64,000 nt of DNA from Chrysomallon squamiferum (Eukaryota; Animalia; Mollusca), in contig CM022679.1 of the NCBI GenBank assembly GCA_012295275.1, positions 9,424,001 to 9,488,000 on the forward strand, read 5' to 3'. This document shows, piece by piece, positions 45,401-58,180 of this stretch (position 1 is its first letter; the number at the start of each line of letters is the position of its first letter). The notes beneath the pieces are model-generated. The model was given only the letters and a program-made list of their open reading frames with translations. It was not told the DNA's origin and ran no database searches. The position numbers and the translations under genes are program-made.

Positions 45401-48400
45401 TAATTGTTACCAATAAATTAACATAAATTTATTAATACCAAGAACTGATTCAGTGTATGAAGTATTCAGTAATAACTAATATTTTTATTTCGAAAATTTT
45501 AATGAAATTTTTCTCTTTTTTATTTTTTTTGCCAATCATGGACAGTTATTGAATTCCTTAAATTATATATATATATATATATTTTTAAAATAAAATGTGT
45601 GCCTTGTTACTTGAGATAATCTAAGAGAGAGAGAGAGTGACAGAGCATGAATGTTTTGTTTTTTGAAAAGACAATGGTAATACTGACTGAATGAAATAAA
45701 GAATCGTCTGAATAGAGAGCTTTCGACTTGGGTGATCTCGTTGCTTTGGCTCTGTTCTTGGGCGGAGGTGGCTTCCTGTACTGTAAAGTTAATTTTATCA
45801 CTTTACTTATAAATCAGAAAAACGTTTTCATTGTATTGCAAATATAATTTATGTTATACCAAAAAGTGAATATATCATGATGAAAATAATAAATTATTAA
45901 CTTACAAATCAGAATAACAACTGAATGTTTTTGGTTTTTTTTTCTAAATAGGTTAATTTGTAAATACATATACAAGTGTCTGAGTATGCTTATACCGTTT
46001 TATTACTAGTGCTATAACAGCCATTAACATTTTATTATATGTAACTAATTTTACAATATTTTTACATCTTACTGACATTATATTATTTAACTTTAATGTA
46101 TTAGTTTATTCATAAATATATAACAACAACAACAGCAACAGCAACAGCAACAACAAAAATAATAATAACAACAACAACATCAACAACAATAATAATAATA
46201 ATAAAAGTATTAATAAAAAAAAGATCTTAATATGTTTATGATGACCATATAAGGAGTTTTAATGTTATTTCTAGTATTTATTAAATTAAACAAAAACTGA
46301 ATGATCTTATAACTGGAAACATATTTGTGACATTCAGGGTGTTTAATAGTATGTTAGTTATACTCACTGATTTCAGTATTTCTGTTTCTCTTTGAACCAC
46401 GGAAAAATCACCAAGATCGTCATCCACCAGCAGTTTATCAACCTCAGTTTTTCTGTGAATAAAAAAAATAATAATAATAAAAATAAAATATTGATTGTAA
46501 AATAATGAAATTTAGGAACATCAGAAAAAAAATCCAGGATAAAGTGGATCCATTTATCATAAGCGCATTTTGATTTTGAAGAAAAAACAGAAAAAAAAGA
46601 TAAAATATCATAAAATTAAATAAATAAAAACAAAAATCAGGCTTAAAATTTCATTAAGTTGATTAAAATTGATGATCACTTCAGTCAGATTTTAAAAGTT
46701 TGATTGATTATTCTCTCTTGAACGTGGATTTAAAGAAAATTATTGGAATCAGTTGGGAAGAAGAAAAAATGAAGAACGAAAAGAAAATAAAGACAGATAT
46801 TTGGATGTCTAAGCAGAGATTTTTACTAACAGACTATAAATCAATGTTAGCTGTACCCATGTTGACTAACAGTTACTGTCAACTGTTTAAAGTAAACATT
46901 AACAAGAAGATAAAACTCATTTCTATGTTTAATCAAGATTTATTTGAATGATTTTCTATTTTGGAAATGGCTATATCAGATGGCCAATCTTTTTGTTCTG
47001 CTTCCAAATAAACATTCTTTAGTAGTATTTATAGGTTATGCATAGAGTATGGATACCATCATCAGATATAGATGAATGTTTTCAGAAATATTATTAAGAG
47101 AAAAAAAAATGGTCATAATTAAAATCATAATAAGTTTAAATATTTTTTTAGGTATCTCTCTTTCACTGTGTATCTATCTACACACTGTAATCAACAATTA
47201 CTCAAAACTTAGATTTTTAACCAGTGTCTTTACTTCATACAAATAAAACTTAGATTTAAAAAAAAGAAGATAATTTAATATATTTTACATTCACAAACAA
47301 CAGGATAACATGAATACTTTGGCAAACCAAAAAAACAAAATGAAATACCAGTAACAAATCTGTATTTTCTTATTATCTTTTGAGATAATGTGAAATTCAT
47401 TTTGCAGAGCTTCCAGGCTTTATGAGAAGATAATATTACTTATTATTAGCTTAGTTTAGTTTATGGCAGTAACTGCATTCTCACAGATAAAAAAAGAAAG
47501 AAAGATTAAAACTAATAGCAATAATAAATCTCTTATATGCACCATCCCATAGACAGGATGGTGGAATGGCTGGAATGTGATTTAGCTCAGGGACAGATCT
47601 GCATCTTGAACAGATGTTTTAGCACTGAACTCTCTGCCCCATTCTCTATGTGCTGTGAAATTCAGTGGAAAAAATTATTAAAATTTCCAAACCACTGTTA
47701 GTTATTACACAGGAATATTTTATATACAACAGATGATCAAACAATTAATTATACACAGATTTGTAGATAGTTAGTAACAGAGAATTAAAGTCAAAGCAGA
47801 AGTATGTTCCAGTCACCTGCATAGGAGATTGTATTTTATAAAATTGAAAAATAATGTTTATGTACCAGACTGTATGACATGGAGAAAAACCCCCAAAAAC
47901 ACCACACAACAAACAACTGTACATTGCATTCTATTAGCCATTTTGCTGTGAAACAACATTTTACATAATTCGAATAATGGAATATTTTTTTTTTTTTTTT
48001 TTCCTTGTTTCAAAAATAATCTAGAAGAGTGTATAAATGACGTGTAGTGTTTTTAGATACAGAGTCAGCAGGCTGTGGTTTAAGAGGAAGTAAGCTATTA
48101 GACTCTATTCAGTTTGTGATATTATGTTATCAAATTGGCTTTGTCATATTGAGTATGTTGAAATGCTGAGGATGATGTAAGGCAATGCCAAGGGCAGACA
48201 TGATGATGACTGTTATTATTATCCAGAATCATCTACACATTTTATGACTTTTTTTTTTTACTAATCAGTGTTTGACTGATACCAGTAATACTGTAATTTG
48301 AATCCCAAGGACAGATATGTGGTTTAAGTTTAAGTGGCATAGATCTGTAGGAGGTGTGATTGTTATTATTATGTAAACATTTTATGACTCATTTTACTAA

Positions 48401-48416
48401 TCAGTATTTGACTGAT

Positions 48417-48462
<46 letters not shown>

Positions 48463-50497
48463 AATAAGTGGTTGTGTGTCTGTGTGTGTCTTCATTACAA
48501 ATTAAAAAGCATAGATGTTCAGTTTGTCAGTTTGCTGGGTCAGTTGTTAATTACTTCCTTATTTAATATTACATGATCTCGGTCAGTGTAATGATATCGG
48601 TGAACAATTACAAATGATAATTTAGAAATTTAATCTTGTGGGACAGAGACTGACAGCAAACTTTAGCTCATTGATTTGTCTGATAACTGGTTTACCAAAG
48701 GCCTTGATTTGTTTTGGGTTTTTTTTTTCTTCAGTTTATGAGAATGTGCATGTAAAAGATTCCTTGCTGCTAATCCCAACATGAGTAACTTATCACAAAA
48801 CAGAGGTAGCTTTTCTCTGCTATTCTGTGTGGCTTTTAATGATATGGATGGAGTCATATAACTTGATAAAAAAACAAAAATGGAGTGGTTTTATTTTATC
48901 TTCCTAAATATGAACTGAAGTAGTGTGATAGCACATTCCACATTGCACATCTGTCTGACCTTGATGTCTTATCAGTCTTACACACCAAGACAAGATTTGC
49001 TCTACATACTTACATTTTTTCATTGTTACTTCTACCTTTTTAAAATTAATTTCTTCTTTTTTTCTTTATTTTTCAATTTTTTTTTCGTTTCTTTTTATTT
49101 ATTTATATTTTAAATTTATTTTTTAGACGGTTTTTTTATTTCATTTCATTCCTTTTTTTTTTTTTTTTTTTTTTATTCTGTTTTTATTCAGAATATTTTC
49201 ACTAGGATCACATTTCAGACTAAACATTAAAACAACTTTTTTTTTTTATCTCCTCTGTTCCCTTCTGTGTGGCTGCTTTAAATTTAGATCTGATAGCTTC
49301 TACAATACATTCCTACGGCATGACCTCACAAATGATTAAAATAACCACTTATAAACACACAAATATTACACATGCACACACAAATGTACATTAAAGAATT
49401 GGTTAGTTATTTTTAATTATTTTTTCTTTTTTAAAAATTTATAATAATTAATTTTTATTATTAAGTTTTTATCTATTATGTGCTGTTATGGACTGTCCTG
49501 ATCACTCAGTTATATTTAAAAAAGAAACAGACACTGAAAGAGGCTAAACATCTGTTAATATTTACTGTTTATGGGAACAATATCAGAGATTTGTTTTTCC
49601 CCCAGTCAAAATAGATATAAAGACCGTTTTAAAAAGTATCACAATCTCGTATGCATTAACGTATACAAATTATTAATAGCTTTATAAAAAAAAAAAAAAA
49701 AATTGAATAATGGCTACTCACTCTTCCTCAATCACGCCATCAGTGTCACTGGCTTTATCAGCTGGTTTCTCCTTTTCTGGAGAGGGAGATTTGGAGCGGG
49801 ATTTGGAACGGGATTTAGACCGCTTTGATGATGACGACGATGACGATGATGATACTGAACTCTTCTCGTGTTTCAAGTCGCTGGCGTCTTCCTGACTGCG
49901 CTGTTTCTTTCGACAGCAGCACTGAAATATGGCTGCCATGACACACACCCCAAAAAGTGCTGCCACTGTGGTAGCAACAGTGACGACCATTTTAGGAACA
50001 GTAAAATCTTGATCACTTTGAACTTCTTGTTGCAGGGCTTCAGACTTGGCTATCACATCGTCTTCTCTGTCAGTTAGAAATTCTACAGCACTCAGGTCAT
50101 GTGCTGTGGGATACTGTAACAAACTTTTGTTGTTGTTGTTGTTCTTCTTCTCCTTTTGCTGCTCGCCCACAACAAATTTCTCTCTTCCTACAAATGTATA
50201 TCCAGTTTGTTTCACTTTCCTTGACTTGTGTCTATTTTTGGAGTGAACTTCCTTGTTACTTTGGATTTGTCTGTGTTGGCCGACAGAGAGTGTTTGGGGA
50301 TGAGCAGGTTCATAAACAAGCACTGACTCATTGCCAAGAAATTTTTCACTATTCACTGCTTCTCCAGTCCTTGTTTCAGCAGGTTTCTTGTCCTTATCAC
50401 TGTTGTCGTTTTTCCTGTTGGGTCGATTTAAAGTGAGAGCAGACAGACCCAGGAAACCAGAAGTTAAAACGACAAACGTCAAGTACAGCGTCCTCAT
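42406..50497 (-). CDS. Uncharacterised single-pass type I membrane protein, 548 aa, 8 coding exons, with a long disordered cytoplasmic tail
   Basis: Exons 50497-49722, 46452-46368, 45780-45688, 44979-44568, 44143-44077, 43733-43690, 43187-43111, 42498-42406. All are GT-AG, and the phases chain to 1647 nt with no internal stop. Signal peptide MRTLYLTFVVLTSGFLGLSA; TM segment MVVTVATTVAALFGVCVMAAIF followed by QCCCRKKQR; C-terminus LQPTHL*. Confidence 0.8.
46715..46800 (+). mobile_element. Possible short relic of an RTE-like LINE ORF2 C-terminal region
   Basis: LKKIIGISWEEEKMKNE resembles the LRRILGISWxDKxxNEE motif that follows the RT domain in RTE-clade LINEs. It is very short and has no other support. 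Confidence 0.25.
47530..47640 (-). mobile_element. Internally deleted SINE relic (same family as 32092 and 48670)
   Basis: The reverse complement reads GGGGCAGAGAGTTCAGTGCTAAAAC (tRNA-like head)...GGGATGGTGCATATAAGA, matching GAGAATGTGCATGTAAAAGA at ~48740. Confidence 0.5.
48200..48420. repeat. Two-copy local duplication (~150-bp spacing)
   Basis: TGTTATTATTAT...ACATTTTATGACT...TTTTACTAATCAGT(G/A)TTTGACTGATA at ~48211 and ~48361. Confidence 0.7.
48670..48900 (+). mobile_element. Degenerate SINE body
   Basis: Shares the GTGCAT(G/A)TAA(A)AGAT and CCTT(G/T)(C/A)..GC segments with the 32092 and 47530 relics. Confidence 0.5.
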
Positions 50498-51164
50498 TTT
50501 TATCTTGTCACTATAAAACTGCTTCAATCATATGAATTTTAAATAAACATTAAAATTATAATTTGAAGTTATAACGTTTGTTACGTGTTTTGAGAACCGA
50601 CATCTAAATTTTATCTGTCAGAAAGTTAAGTAAATTGTTTTATTCATGAGATCATCAAGGATACTCCAGAACATGAATATTGTTTTTTTTGTTTTAAATG
50701 TAATGACCTTTCAATAACTAGTCTGTTTATTCAAGTGCACAGAGGAAATCTTTGTTCTTTTCTTATCTTCATTAAAAGTAAATAATAAATTGCTGTCATT
50801 TCTATAATGCATGCAGTTTCAAAAACAAACACATGTTGCTCTGCCTGTTTGGATTGATTTCAGCCTGTATACACTGAGATTCTATCTCAAGTCCTTCTCT
50901 CTGTCAGTCTGATGACTATAACAGAAGATTTTTGTCTTTCTGTAAGGCTTAACCACCCACTTGTTGTCATCAGTGAGAAATCGCAGACAGGTTATTACTT
51001 TTTGGAGGAAGGCATTCTGAGGTTCAGATGAATGTTACATAATGTTACACAGAAGCTGGTTTCCTTTCTGTGTGCACTGGCTGACCGGAAAGCTGTTTCC
51101 ATTGGCTATGTAGGTCACTGTGTTTGTAACCCTAATTAGTCACACAGAGATAGAGAGATAGCAC
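50498..51164 (-). other. Probable 5' UTR part of the first coding exon of the membrane-protein gene
   Basis: A long polypyrimidine acceptor (...tctttttctttttctag|GTG) at 51166-51165 lies 667 nt upstream of the ATG at 50497. Confidence 0.45.
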
Positions 51165-52011
51165 CTAGAAAAAGAAAAAGAAAAAAAAGAAAATATTAAT
51201 TAACTGTAGATTTTTTAATTTTTTTTTTTTTTTTTTTGTACATTAAAATCCATTATAAAAATCAAATACTTAATTCATTATTTTTTATTGAAATAACAAT
51301 TAATTGAAAACAAAGTGTATTATAATAATAATTAAATAAGATTTGTTGCAGAGAAACAAAGCTAAAGTTTTAATTCATTACTGTTAAAACAAATATATAT
51401 TTTAGAAAATAAGAGAAATAGGTATCAGTTATTCTATACGTATTTTTCCGAAATAAGTTTAAAAGTCATAAGAAAAGAAACTTCAGTAACCATAATCAAC
51501 ACTTCTGCATTTTAATTAAAAATTCCACTTGTTTTGCCTCTTATAATTATAGTCAAAGTAGATGGCTATTTATGACAATGTCTGTGTACATTATTCACAA
51601 AATAATTTATATTTTTGTGTTGGCTAATTAATACATACCAATGTCTTTTTTCACATTAATAACTAATGCACACAGAAGTTTCATTTTTCTTATTCCTTTA
51701 GTTCATTCAAACCTGAGCTCTCTCACTACCGGATAATATCATTAAAGAATTGTAGGCCTGCCTTTCATTAAATTCTAAAAAAAAATTATTTTCAGCAAAG
51801 TTTTGGCTGCAGAATGCTTATTTTTCAGAATTATTTCTCTTTCGTAATTGATTCATTTAAGCGTATGTGTGTACCTACCTAGCTTGTGTCAGCTGCATTC
51901 AAACAATGACAGGATTACTTACTTACCTTTCTTTTACTGCATTTTAACTTTTCAGATATCGATAATTTCAGTGAATAACACTAACAGAACAAACAGCAAT
52001 TACTTCTGAAG

Positions 52012-52435
52012 CCTGAGGAACATGCAATGTGTGTAGTGTAATTTATAAGTAAACTTACTTACTAATCCTAGAGTGTGAAATATTTAGTGTATTTTATAAA
52101 TAAATTATTTAATACTCTTGGAACATGATATGTTTACTATAATTTATAAATATCATTACCATGTCTGAGAACTTGAAGTATGTTGAATGATTTATTAGTA
52201 AAAAATACTTATTAGACTGAGGACAAGAAATATTTATTATAATTTATAACTAGAATTATATACTTATCTGGGAATATGTAATGTGTAGCATAATTTATTA
52301 CTGAAAATATTTATTACTCTGAGGACAAGATATGTTTAGAATCATTTATAAGTAAAATTACACACTAGTTCATGAACATAAAATAAGTAGTATGTTTTAT
52401 AAATAACATTACTTAGTACACCTAGGACATGCAAC
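52012..52435. repeat. Degenerate ~51-bp minisatellite, about 8 copies
   Basis: Anchor (A)TTTAT(A/T)A recurs at ~52040, 52091, 52141, 52189, 52241, 52292, 52343 and 52394, usually preceded by a G(G/A)ACATG/GGACAAG-like core. Confidence 0.75.
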
Positions 52436-52941
52436 ATGGAGTAGAGAGGAAAGGAAAGAAATAGACTGATGACATTCTGTGAGTACAGCTGTTGTTACAG
52501 GTGTCAGGCAAGTCAATAAATGTCTAGCTCAGATTACGACAGGAATTCTGTAGTAGCTTACTGCCAGTCTATGAATACTTCTAGCAGTGTGGACCAGTTA
52601 CAGAACAAAACATATTTGACCTTTAATACTCAAATTGGTGCGTTTATGCATTTTTGAACTAGTGACAATCTTGTCAAAATCATCTAGACTGATAAATTTG
52701 TGAAATGTTTATTTTCACATATTTATAAAACATATTTACCAGGTACAAGTAGTGAAGCATATTTAAGATTTTTTGTGTGTAGAAAACACAAACAGGTTTA
52801 AGTTATTTTTTTTTAAAAGCTGACAATCACTCGATCACTAGTGATCAGTCAGTTATAATTGAAAATACTTTCAACAGCTTGCTCTACAATTTACAAGAAT
52901 CTTCTATTACTTTCCTATCAGCTATGGTACATATCCACTTC

Positions 52942-52994
<53 letters not shown>

Positions 52995-53274
52995 TTCTTC
53001 CCACTTACTTTATATACCACATACACACTGTATGCAATATGCTTTATGACAGCTTTCATTAAACGAGGAAAAATTGTCAACTGCATTAGGAAATGCATTG
53101 ATTTTTACAGATATTTAACCTTTAATTTAATACTTGTGATATCCTAGAAATTATAAACTGTTTAATTTCTAACAAACACTTCCTGAAAGGCCATTTGATA
53201 TCCTGTTCTATGTACATTATTCCAACATGTTGTAAAATATAAGATCATAATTATTCCAGTGAACATGCCTTCGC

Positions 53275-53970
53275 ATTTAAATATTTAAAAGTAAAAAATG
53301 TTGACAAAAGAAACATTATTTGAGTATTAAAACAAAAATTATACCCTTTCTCCATTCCTAAGAAGTTAAAAATAATTTGATGTAATTGACATTAAATTCC
53401 TATTTACATGAAGATCTATAATTCAGCTTGCATGAGTAATCCATTGATCATGACTGGGTAGTTAAATACTGTATTTATAATGAAAACAAATATTATACAG
53501 GATCAATTATTGGAAGTATTAAAACAAGAATTATGACCCTTTTTTTCATTCCTAAGAACTTAAAATGTTTTTATATAATTAAATAACTGTTTACATGAAA
53601 TACTATAATTCAGCCTGCTTGATTTGTCCATTGATTGTGGTTGACAATTTAAATATTTTAAACAAAAATAATTGTATATAGGAAAAAGTTATTTCAGTAA
53701 TAAAACCATAAGGACAATATATATTTCACCATTTAAGAACGTAAATATTTTTTTGGTTGATCAGTCCATTGAATGTGCATGAGCATTTAAATATTTAAAA
53801 TAAAAATTACTATATATATATATATATATATAAAACAAAATTATTTAAATATTAAATTAAACAAAAAATTCACATTTTTCAAATCCTAAGTTCTAAATTA
53901 AATGGTTTGATATAATTGAAATTAAGTAGCTATTTACATGAAGGTCTGTTATTCTGCTCTCATGATAGTA
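53275..53970. repeat. Degenerate ~190-bp tandem repeat, about 4 copies
   Basis: CATTCCTAAGAA (53353, 53547), TTTACATGAA (53403, 53589, 53933), TCCATTGA and ATTTAAATATTTA recur. Confidence 0.7.
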
Positions 53971-55839
53971 TTAATCATCTTCACGGGCTTAAAACTCCAG
54001 TAACATGTCATAATTCCAACTACAAACGATGAACTGTTGGCTTAGCATTGTTGTTGACCTCTTCATATTTACAGTGATAAGTAACTTGGCTGAATACTGG
54101 GATTAGTATCTTGAATTTCCTCAAACACTTTGTCACATATTGATCATTACAAAGCAACAATGTTTGTGTACACACCAGACACACACATACAAATATTTAT
54201 TTCAAGGCTCTGCAATCGTTTTGTTGATTGGGAACAACTCTTTCTACTTCTTGAGCAGAATTTTAATCAGGCAGAAAATGTTTGACATCATTAAACGTCA
54301 GTCTTTACTTTAAAAGAAAGAAAGAAATGATCAGCTTTAGTATTAGGGAAGCTGTGGCTAATTAACTGCTTTTGAATGAAGACTGTTGTGAAATTATAAC
54401 TTCCTTTATTATAAATATAAACACTTCTCAAGTAAGAAGACCTGAAACATCTCTTAAGTGAAGAAGTAAATCTTTTTTCATTTTTTTTTTTTTTCCATCT
54501 TTTTATTACCTCACAAAAATTATATTATTTTGTTCAGTCTGATATGCTCATTTATCTTAAAAACATACCAGTTGATTCTTTTTGTGTGTTTTTTTCCCTC
54601 ACATAAATTCATTGCTAATGTAATTAAGAAATCATATTTTACGACAGGATGCATGTAAATATGTCAGTGTCTAGAAGATTTGCACTGAAATGGATTCATT
54701 TTGATACACAGATATCTGTCTCTACAGCTATCCATAAATCTGCAATTCCATGTTGTTCAGCTTCACTGATACTTTGTAAGTCATAATATCATAAAACTGT
54801 TTTAAAATGCTTTTAAAAATGATGTCTGTTTTGTATCATGCTCTCTTTTGTGAATTTTCAAAAGTGGAAACACTTGGAATGTATTTGTAAAATTCCAGCA
54901 AAAAATTTTGTTGTCTGCGTGTGTGTGAGTGAGTATATTGAATAGAAATTGCTTGTCAACTAGATAATGAGAAAGTATTTTTGTGTGTTTTCACTGCATT
55001 TCAAATCACCTGACAATTTCAAGTCTTGATCAAATGATAAAACTTTTTTTTATCAAAAACAATGTTTATTATTATAAAAATTGTTGTTGTTTTTTGTATC
55101 ATTTTTCCAAAGAATTTAAAAAAAAAATAATAAAAACTTATTATTTGTATCCTTTTATCATACAGTATAATAAATAGTATTACAAAAAAAAAAAAATCAT
55201 TTAACTAACAAACGACATAACAACAAAAACAACCTAAAAGCTATAAAATAAATATCATACTTCTAACAAATACTCTTTGCAGTATTTCTTTACAAACTAC
55301 TTGTTATTAATTTAGATATCATCATTTCAAGTCAGATCTAAAAACAAATTCATAACACTTAGTGACCAGGTGTCTGTCTAATCAATGCTGTTTTTTTTTT
55401 ATTTTATTTTTATTTAACATGGCAGGCCATTATTCAAGGATTTTATGGTATTTTTATACAAAATTATGCAAATTCTCACACATCCACATAAATAATTGCT
55501 TTTGTGTCTTGCATTTGGGAAAGTAAAATATAAAATATTACTAGCTGCTAACAGATAAGAGGTGGGAACATCAGGTTTCCTCTCTAGTATCTTCATACAC
55601 TACCATGACACACATATACACACATTCACACATATAAAAACAAAACTAAAAAAAAAAAAAAAAATAACAACATTAACAAGACTAACAAAAAAAAAACCCA
55701 ACTAAGTACAATTTAAAAATAATAAGAACAACAGGAGACTAATATTAAAAGCTGGAATTAAAGTCACTTTGTTTTTGTATTTTTATTTGGTTTTATTATA
55801 AACTTTCAGAATTTTTTTTTTTAAAGTTATTTCTGTCAG

Positions 55840-56295
55840 TTTGAGTGTATTAGTACATTTTTACGATCCCTACATTTATAAACATCCTTCTTCAGTTTCA
55901 TGTTTGTTTCTGCATGTTGAGTATATCTACGTTTTAAAGCCCTCCTTTTGTAAATGTCCTCCTTATATTTCATGTTTGTTTCTGCACACTGAGTATGTGT
56001 ACAGTTTAAACCCCTGCCACTGTAAATGTCCTCATTATATTTCATATTATTTACTGCATATTGAATATATCTACATTTTAAAATCCCTACATTTATAAAA
56101 CGTCATCTTTATATTTCATATTTTCTGATACTATATCTATATCGTATAATCCCTTCATTTGTAAATATCGTCCTTCTATTTTGTATCATATCAATATTCT
56201 ATAAACCCTACATGTACAAATGTCCTTTTATATTAATATCATTTTAATGCATACTGAATCATAACTGTACAATTCATAATCCTCGCATTTGCAAA
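55840..56295. repeat. Degenerate ~72-bp minisatellite, about 6 copies
   Basis: TTTCAT(G/A)TT at 55896, 55968, 56040 and 56114; CCCT.CATTT.TAAA..TCCT recurs with the same period. Confidence 0.8.
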
Positions 56296-56384
56296 AAACG
56301 GACGAAAAAGTCAATTCTTTTTTTTTTTTTTTTTTTTTTTAAATATTATTTCCCCTTGGTACAGTTTACGTCATCATCACTTAC

Positions 56385-56700
56385 CTACATTGGAGAGCTC
56401 ATTCGTTGTACGAACATGTCACTGAGGACCGAGACTGCTGACAGACACACTGACTGACTGACTGTTTACGTATGCTGTTCTGTTTAGACCCAGATGACAA
56501 GCTGGACTTAACTGCAGCAGGCCTGACCTTCAGGTGTGACAGACAATGGTGTCGGTGTAATTGATTTATGTCTAGTTTTTGTCCACACGTACAAGTTTGT
56601 GTCTGTGGTGATTATGTATTAGCAGGAGTAATCCAGGAGTGTGTGTGTGTGTGTGTGTGTATATACAACACCTGTAGTTAATAATTTAAACCCGCCCCGA
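56385..56700 (-). other. Candidate non-coding first exon/promoter region of the membrane-protein gene
   Basis: GC-richer island ending at a perfect minus-strand donor TAG|GTAAGT (56385). It holds a short uORF, MFVQRMSSPM*. A GC-box-like CCCGCCCC lies at 56691. Confidence 0.35.
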
Positions 56701-56986
56701 AATACTCTTGTCTCAGTTGATACCAGCCCCGAGTGGAAGTAATTTTGTTTTATGTAATTTCACAGTGTCTGTGTTTGTTTATTTATACACAGAGAGAGGC
56801 AAAAGTGTGTGTGTGATGGATATGTCGAAACTTGAGTAATCTAGAACCGTACTTATTAATTTATACTAATGGATTTCCAAAACAGAGATATGTGAGTGTG
56901 TTGTTGTATGTGTGTATATGTATATCTGTGAATGTATGTATGATTCTGTGTGAGTTCATTTGTATGTGTGTATATTATATTATATC

Positions 56987-57028
<42 letters not shown>

Positions 57029-57917
57029 TGAGTATGTTAAATACACTGAAAGGTGACTTCAGTTAATTTCTAACAGCTGTGTGGATGATTTTTGAAGTGA
57101 GAGAGAGAGAAAAAAGTACTAACAGTAAATGTTTATATTGTCTGCAACTACTAATAGTAAATGTATGAAAATTGCTTTTTTACAAATGAGAGATCACATA
57201 TGAGTTAATAGTTAATCCAGTGAAAGTAGAGAGGCCAACCAGTCAAATTGACTGAAAGAGGCCATGAAAGTTTTCAATTATTTTTTTTTATTATAATTTT
57301 CTTTTTTTTTTTTCTTTCAAACATCAAAACTTTCAAAATATGAAAGAAATATCCATAATTAACATTTTTATCCCAGTTTTGCTGAAGGCTTCAGCATATA
57401 TTTCAGTGAGTAGTCAGATCACCAGTGAGAATAATGTGCTGCTTAGTGCAAACATCAGTGCCTTGGGCAGCAATAAAGCAGTCATTAGATTGACTAATTT
57501 GATACTCTGCCTGGATTTACCAGTGTCTGTATTTAATGTTTTATTCTCTAAAATGAGTCTACAGAGAATTTCATTTGGTCTCTCCTGCCTAATTCTTTTC
57601 CCACCATATTTAAATGGTTATTAAAATGGCAGGTCATTAAATCATTTGAAACTTCATGCGGTTAATTACCAATCGGTTAGTAAGTCTCTGTTCACCAGTA
57701 TTTTCATCTGCTGGTTCCATCCACTGATTCAGACATGTCAAGTGGTGGAATGTTTCATTAGATCCTTGCAAAGATTACATGATATTGAACCATGCTGTAT
57801 GGATTAACGTGTGTTTTGATAGTCGCTGACTCAGATCAGCTCTGTGAATAACAGTCTCTTTCTCAGTAGATTTTTAGTACATGCTAACTTTTCTATTACA
57901 GAAATATAGAGTTTAAC

Positions 57918-58180
57918 CCACTGTGTTATATCATTATTGTTATTATGTTCCTGACGTCATACATGTTGAACTAGTTCTGTCCTTCCCATATTATGTCATA
58001 TCATTATTATTTTGTTTCTGAAATCATATATGTTATATTAGATCTGTCCTTTCTCTCACTGTGTTATATCAGTAATTTCTTGTTGTCATGATCATAAGAA
58101 ATATAATAGTTCTGCCTGTCTTAGACATACTATCTCGTATTATTTTTGTATCCCCAAGATAATAAATATTATACTAGTCC
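57918..58180. repeat. Degenerate ~67-bp tandem repeat, about 4 copies
   Basis: TG(T/C)(T/C)ATATCA.TA...TAG(T/A)TCTG(T/C)C motifs recur. Confidence 0.55.

Noticed and set aside
49718-50527. 269-aa ORF as a stand-alone single-exon gene
   Set aside because: Its TGA lies inside a GA|gtgagt donor that splices in phase to seven more exons, and the ATG at 50497 gives a better signal peptide than the TTG start.
55840-56295. 72-bp periodic array as a CRISPR-like locus
   Set aside because: The whole unit is degenerate, with no constant repeat plus unique spacers; the context is eukaryotic and there are no cas genes.
56353-56400. PLVQFTS resembling the missing ASH2L exon start (PLVKFKS)
   Set aside because: There is no AG acceptor in front of it, and the similarity ends after 7 residues (no LY.EEKD).
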